In this document: positions 59,393-63,023 of the stretch, piece after piece | Layout of the letters: every line of letters begins with the position of its first letter | Position numbering within the stretch: the first letter of the stretch is position 1 | Assembly (NCBI GenBank): GCA_040905425.1 | Contig: JBBDRO010000100.1 | Span: forward strand, 1 to 63,023 | Length of the DNA stretch: 63,023 nucleotides | From: Gemmatimonadota bacterium | GTDB lineage: Bacteria > Gemmatimonadota > Gemmatimonadetes > Longimicrobiales > RSA9 | Direction of reading: 5' to 3' | Made by a program: the position numbers and the translations under genes | The notes under the pieces: generated by a model | Told to the model about the DNA's origin: nothing | Databases searched by the model: none | Seen by the model: the letters and a program-made list of their open reading frames with translations, nothing else

Positions 59393-61753
59393 TCACTCCG
59401 GCGGCCGCTCCGCCCGCACGCTCACCTTGCCATCCCGCTCCACGCGCAGCATTACGTTTCCCAGGATGTCGGTGCGCAGTACCCGGGCGCCGCTCAACCT
59501 GAGCCGCTCCAGGACGAGCCGGTCGGGATGGCCGTAACGGTTGCGCCGCCCCACCGGGACGAGCGCGATCGTGGGCCGCACCGCCTCGAGCAGCTCGGCT
59601 CCCGTGGAGGTTGCGCTGCCGTGATGACCCACCTTCAGCAGTGTGGCACGAAGGTCACCCTCATGGGTGGCCACGATGGCCTCCTCTACCCCCTTGCCCG
59701 CGTCCCCCGTGAACAGCGCACGGAAGTCACCCCAACGGAGCAGGAACACCACCGAAGCATCGTTGCCCTCTCCACCGCCGGACCCTGGCGGCGGGGGGTG
59801 GAGGAAGCGCAGCAGCACACCGTCCGCGGCGAGTTCACGGCCGGCCCAGCCACCCACCCAGCGTGCGCCTGAGGCACCGGTGGCCTCCAGGAGTTCGATG
59901 AAGCGCGGCTTCCCCGCCGCACGTCCCGGATCCACCACCACGCCCACGTCGAAGGCGTCCATCACCGCCCCCGCACCACCGATATGGTCCGCATCCGGAT
60001 GCGTCAGCACCAGGGCATCCAGGCGCCGGGCCCCGCGGGCCAGCAGGTAGGGTACGACACGCGCCCTGCCGGCGTCGTAGCCGGCCGTCGCCGGACCGGC
60101 ATCCACCAGGAGCCAGCGCCCCGCGGGCGTACGGATGGCGATGGCGTCCCCCTGCCCCACGTCGATCGCATGGATTTCGAGCACCCCGCTGCCACCACCC
60201 AGCGCGGAGTTGGCCACGGCGCCGGTGAGCATTGCCACCGCCATGGCCACCGCGCAGGCGGGCGCCCGGGCGCGCAGGGACGGCGCGGTGGAGGTGGCCC
60301 CCGTGATCGGCGTGACGCCGACCTGCCACCAGTGCCACCCGAGCATGCCCGCGGCGGCCGCCACCAGCACGATCTGGATCCCCACCGGCGTGATGAGTCC
60401 GTGGCCTCCGGGAACCGCCGCCGCCAGCTGCGCAACGCCCTGCAGGCCGCGGAGCAGGAGGGCGGCAATCCAGGCCAGCGGCGGCGCGACCGCAGGCGCC
60501 AGCACGGATGCGGCCAGCGTGGCCGCCAGGAGCGGCAGCGCGGCGGCCAGCCAGGGCAACGCCACCACCGTGGCCAGCACGCCGATGGGGGCCACCGTGC
60601 CGAAATGGAGCGCCGCCACGGGTGTGGTCAAAGCGCTGGCGGCCAGGCTGACGGCAACGCCCTGCCGCACTGACCGGGGGCGCAGGCGCGCCACGAAGCT
60701 CTCCGCGGGACCCATCAGGAGCAGGATACCGAGCAGCCCCAGGAAGGAGAGCTGAAAGCCGGGATCCAGCAGCAGGAAGGGATCCGCCAGCAGGAGCGCG
60801 AGCGCGGCCGCCGCCAGGAGAGCCACTCGATCGGCCGGACGCTGCGCGGCGCGGGCGGCCACCAGCAGGCCCAGCTGGAGGATGGCGCGGGCGGCGGCGG
60901 GCGGCGCCCCCAGGAAAAGCACGTAGAGCGCTGCCCCCACCACGGCCGCGGGTGCACGAAGGCGGGCTCCCGCACCGAGCCGCGCGATCAGCCACAGCAG
61001 CGCCCCGGTGATGAGCCCCACGTGCATCCCGGAAATGGCCAGCAGATGCACCAGCCCCGCAGCCACGAACAGTTCGCGTGTCGTGTCGGGAAGGCCCTCC
61101 CTGCGGGCCAGCAGAAGCGACTCCGCGAGCGCGGCCTCCCGCTCGGGGAGGAGGCCACGGAGCCGGGCCTGGGCCGCCCAGCGCAGGGCGGGCAACGGAC
61201 GGCGCCCGGCGTCCATGACGCGCATGGCATCGGCGGTGAGCACCCCGCTGAACTGGGCTCTGCGGAGTTGCGCGCCGGGCGGGGCCGAGCGCCACCAGCG
61301 GCCCTGCAGCCGCACCACGCTGCCCGCCGGCGGGCGCTCGAGCTCGTTCGCGGACCGTACCCGCAGCAGACCAGCGCAGCTGGCGGGTGCACCGGGGAAG
61401 CGGATCCGCTCTGCATGGAAGGGAGCCGCCTCCCCCGGCGGCGGGAGTGCCGCGAACACGCCCTCGAGCGTGACATCCGCGCCATCCGGAATGGCCAGCC
61501 GGCAATCGGCCGCCCCGGCCGCCGCGCGGCCGCCGCCGTGCAGCGCGCCCGCCGCCGCCGCGGCCAGCAACAGCGCGGGCCCGTGGCGGCTGGCGAGCGC
61601 CAGCGCCGCGGCTACCGCGAGGATGCTCACGGCCAGCGGACCCGCCGGCACGCTACCGGAGAGCGCTGCCCCGACTCCCGCGGCAAAGGCCAGCGTGAGT
61701 CCGGCGAGCGGTCTCACGGACACCCCACCACAGCAAAGGCCGCGGGCGAGCAT
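59393..61753 (-). CDS. comEC: competence protein ComEC/Rec2
   Basis: HLLAISGMH, GFQLSF, DVGQGD, THPDADHIGG, GHHGS. Confidence 0.93.
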   Translation of the reverse strand: MLARGLCCGGVSVRPLAGLTLAFAAGVGAALSGSVPAGPLAVSILAVAAALALASRHGPALLLAAAAAGALHGGGRAAAGAADCRLAIPDGADVTLEGVFAALPPPGEAAPFHAERIRFPGAPASCAGLLRVRSANELERPPAGSVVRLQGRWWRSAPPGAQLRRAQFSGVLTADAMRVMDAGRRPLPALRWAAQARLRGLLPEREAALAESLLLARREGLPDTTRELFVAAGLVHLLAISGMHVGLITGALLWLIARLGAGARLRAPAAVVGAALYVLFLGAPPAAARAILQLGLLVAARAAQRPADRVALLAAAALALLLADPFLLLDPGFQLSFLGLLGILLLMGPAESFVARLRPRSVRQGVAVSLAASALTTPVAALHFGTVAPIGVLATVVALPWLAAALPLLAATLAASVLAPAVAPPLAWIAALLLRGLQGVAQLAAAVPGGHGLITPVGIQIVLVAAAAGMLGWHWWQVGVTPITGATSTAPSLRARAPACAVAMAVAMLTGAVANSALGGGSGVLEIHAIDVGQGDAIAIRTPAGRWLLVDAGPATAGYDAGRARVVPYLLARGARRLDALVLTHPDADHIGGAGAVMDAFDVGVVVDPGRAAGKPRFIELLEATGASGARWVGGWAGRELAADGVLLRFLHPPPPGSGGGEGNDASVVFLLRWGDFRALFTGDAGKGVEEAIVATHEGDLRATLLKVGHHGSATSTGAELLEAVRPTIALVPVGRRNRYGHPDRLVLERLRLSGARVLRTDILGNVMLRVERDGKVSVRAERPPE

Positions 61754-61810
61754 GCGCTCCCGCAGCCTGGATCGGGCGCGACGTGCGCCCCGGCTTCCGC
61801 CCGCGCCCGC

Positions 61811-63023
61811 TTAGGCCACTCTGCCCTGCGCCGAGCGAGCAGCCGGCTCACCCTTGAACGTTGCGCCGGTCGTGGACACGAGCCGCACGTCCACATACTG
61901 CCCCACCAGGCGGCCCTCACCGGGGAACGCCACCGCCTTGTAACTTTCGGTGCGACCGAGCATGTCCCCCGCCGAACGGGCGCTCCGCTCCACCAGGACC
62001 TGGACCGTGCGGCCCACCTCGGCCACGTTGAGTTCGCGCTGGATCGACCGGTGCAGCGCAATGAGCCGCTCGAGCCGCTCGGCCGCCACGGCGTCCGGCA
62101 GGAACTGCTCCGTCGGCAGCCGCGTGGCGGGCGTCCCGTCGCGCGGCGAATAGCGATAGAGGAACGCGTCGTCGAAGCGCACCTGCCGCATGAGGTCGAG
62201 CGTAGCCTCGAATTCCTCCTCGGTCTCACCCGGGAAGGCCACGATGACGTCCGTGGAAAGCGCAATGTCCGGCATGGCCTCCCGCACCAGCGCCACCTTC
62301 TCCAGGTATTCGGCCACGGAGTAGCGGCGCAGCATGCGCTTGAGGGTGCGATCGTGCCCTGCCTGCACCGGCAGATGGAGCTGCCGGCAGACGGCCGACT
62401 CCTCCGCCATCACCGCCACCAGCCGGGCGGTCACGTCGCGCGGGTGCGGGGACGTGAAGCGGACCCTGCGGATGCCGTCCACCCGAGCCACCCCGCGCAG
62501 CAGATCGGCAAAGTCCCAGTCACCGTGGCGATAGGAGTTCACCGTCTGGCCGAGCAGCGTGACCTCGGTCGTCCCCTCGGCGGCGACAGCACGGACTTCG
62601 GCCAGAACGTGGTCCGGATCCCGATTCTTCTCGGCACCGCGGACATACGGCACGATGCAGTACGTGCAGCGGTGGTCGCAGCCCCGCTGCACCGTCACCC
62701 AGGCGCTCACACCCGGGCCGCGGCGCACGGCCAGCCCCTCGTAGTTCTCCTCGGGACTGAGTTCCAGCAGGCCCAGGCGGCCGTCGGACATCACGGCGTC
62801 ATCTACCGCGGCGGGCTGGATGCGCGCCGGCTCGTCAGCCGCCGGGGGCACGCTGCCGAGGACCGGCAGGGCCAGGCCGCGTCGAGAGGCCGCGTCCCCC
62901 GAGGGCCCGTCCCCCGAAGCCGCGTCCCCCGAAGCCGAGTCCCCCGAAGCCGAGTCCCCCGAAGCCGAGTCCCCCGAAGCCGCGTCCCCCGAAGCCGCGT
63001 CCCCCGAAGCCGCCTCCCCGGGC
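61811..63023 (-). CDS. miaB: tRNA methylthiotransferase MiaB, 5' end outside window
   Basis: GCDHRCTYCIVPYVRG, LLGQTVN, FTSPHP, TRAM domain; frame stays open to the window edge. Confidence 0.92.
   Translation of the reverse strand, partial: PGEAASGDAASGDAASGDSASGDSASGDSASGDAASGDGPSGDAASRRGLALPVLGSVPPAADEPARIQPAAVDDAVMSDGRLGLLELSPEENYEGLAVRRGPGVSAWVTVQRGCDHRCTYCIVPYVRGAEKNRDPDHVLAEVRAVAAEGTTEVTLLGQTVNSYRHGDWDFADLLRGVARVDGIRRVRFTSPHPRDVTARLVAVMAEESAVCRQLHLPVQAGHDRTLKRMLRRYSVAEYLEKVALVREAMPDIALSTDVIVAFPGETEEEFEATLDLMRQVRFDDAFLYRYSPRDGTPATRLPTEQFLPDAVAAERLERLIALHRSIQRELNVAEVGRTVQVLVERSARSAGDMLGRTESYKAVAFPGEGRLVGQYVDVRLVSTTGATFKGEPAARSAQGRVA
62889..63023. repeat. 15-bp tandem repeat (about 9 units) encoding (A/S)ASGD inside miaB
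   Basis: GCCG(C/A)GTCCCCCGAA units. Confidence 0.92.

Overview
High-GC (roughly 70% by eye) bacterial chromosome segment, most likely Gemmatimonadota (inferred from gene content, not verified). It is mostly housekeeping: a B12-dependent acyl-CoA mutase/MeaB/carboxyltransferase cluster, aspS-phoH-HD-ybeY, rlmN, panBCD, an Rqc2/NFACT gene, trpDCFBA (interrupted by an antisense lexA and by a HEAT-repeat + HD-GYP pair), tdh-kbl, truA, transaldolase, HtrA, purB/C/S/Q/L/F with pssA, ppdK, add, fbp, comEC and a partial miaB. Accessory elements are an Xre/RES toxin-antitoxin pair, a frameshifted membrane-protein gene, a DUF222-HNH gene and a 162-bp MITE-like element. The most notable signals are: (1) two TTCGG-N6-TTCGG direct repeats placed over the predicted lexA promoter (candidate lineage-specific SOS box), with a 43-aa ORF coupled to lexA; (2) two clusters of a 16-bp palindrome, CGGTTCCGCGGAACCG, inside the DUF222-HNH coding sequence, apparently conserved as DNA; (3) HEAT and HD-GYP genes sharing a related N-terminal domain inside the trp operon. 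I saw no rRNA, tRNA or CRISPR array.
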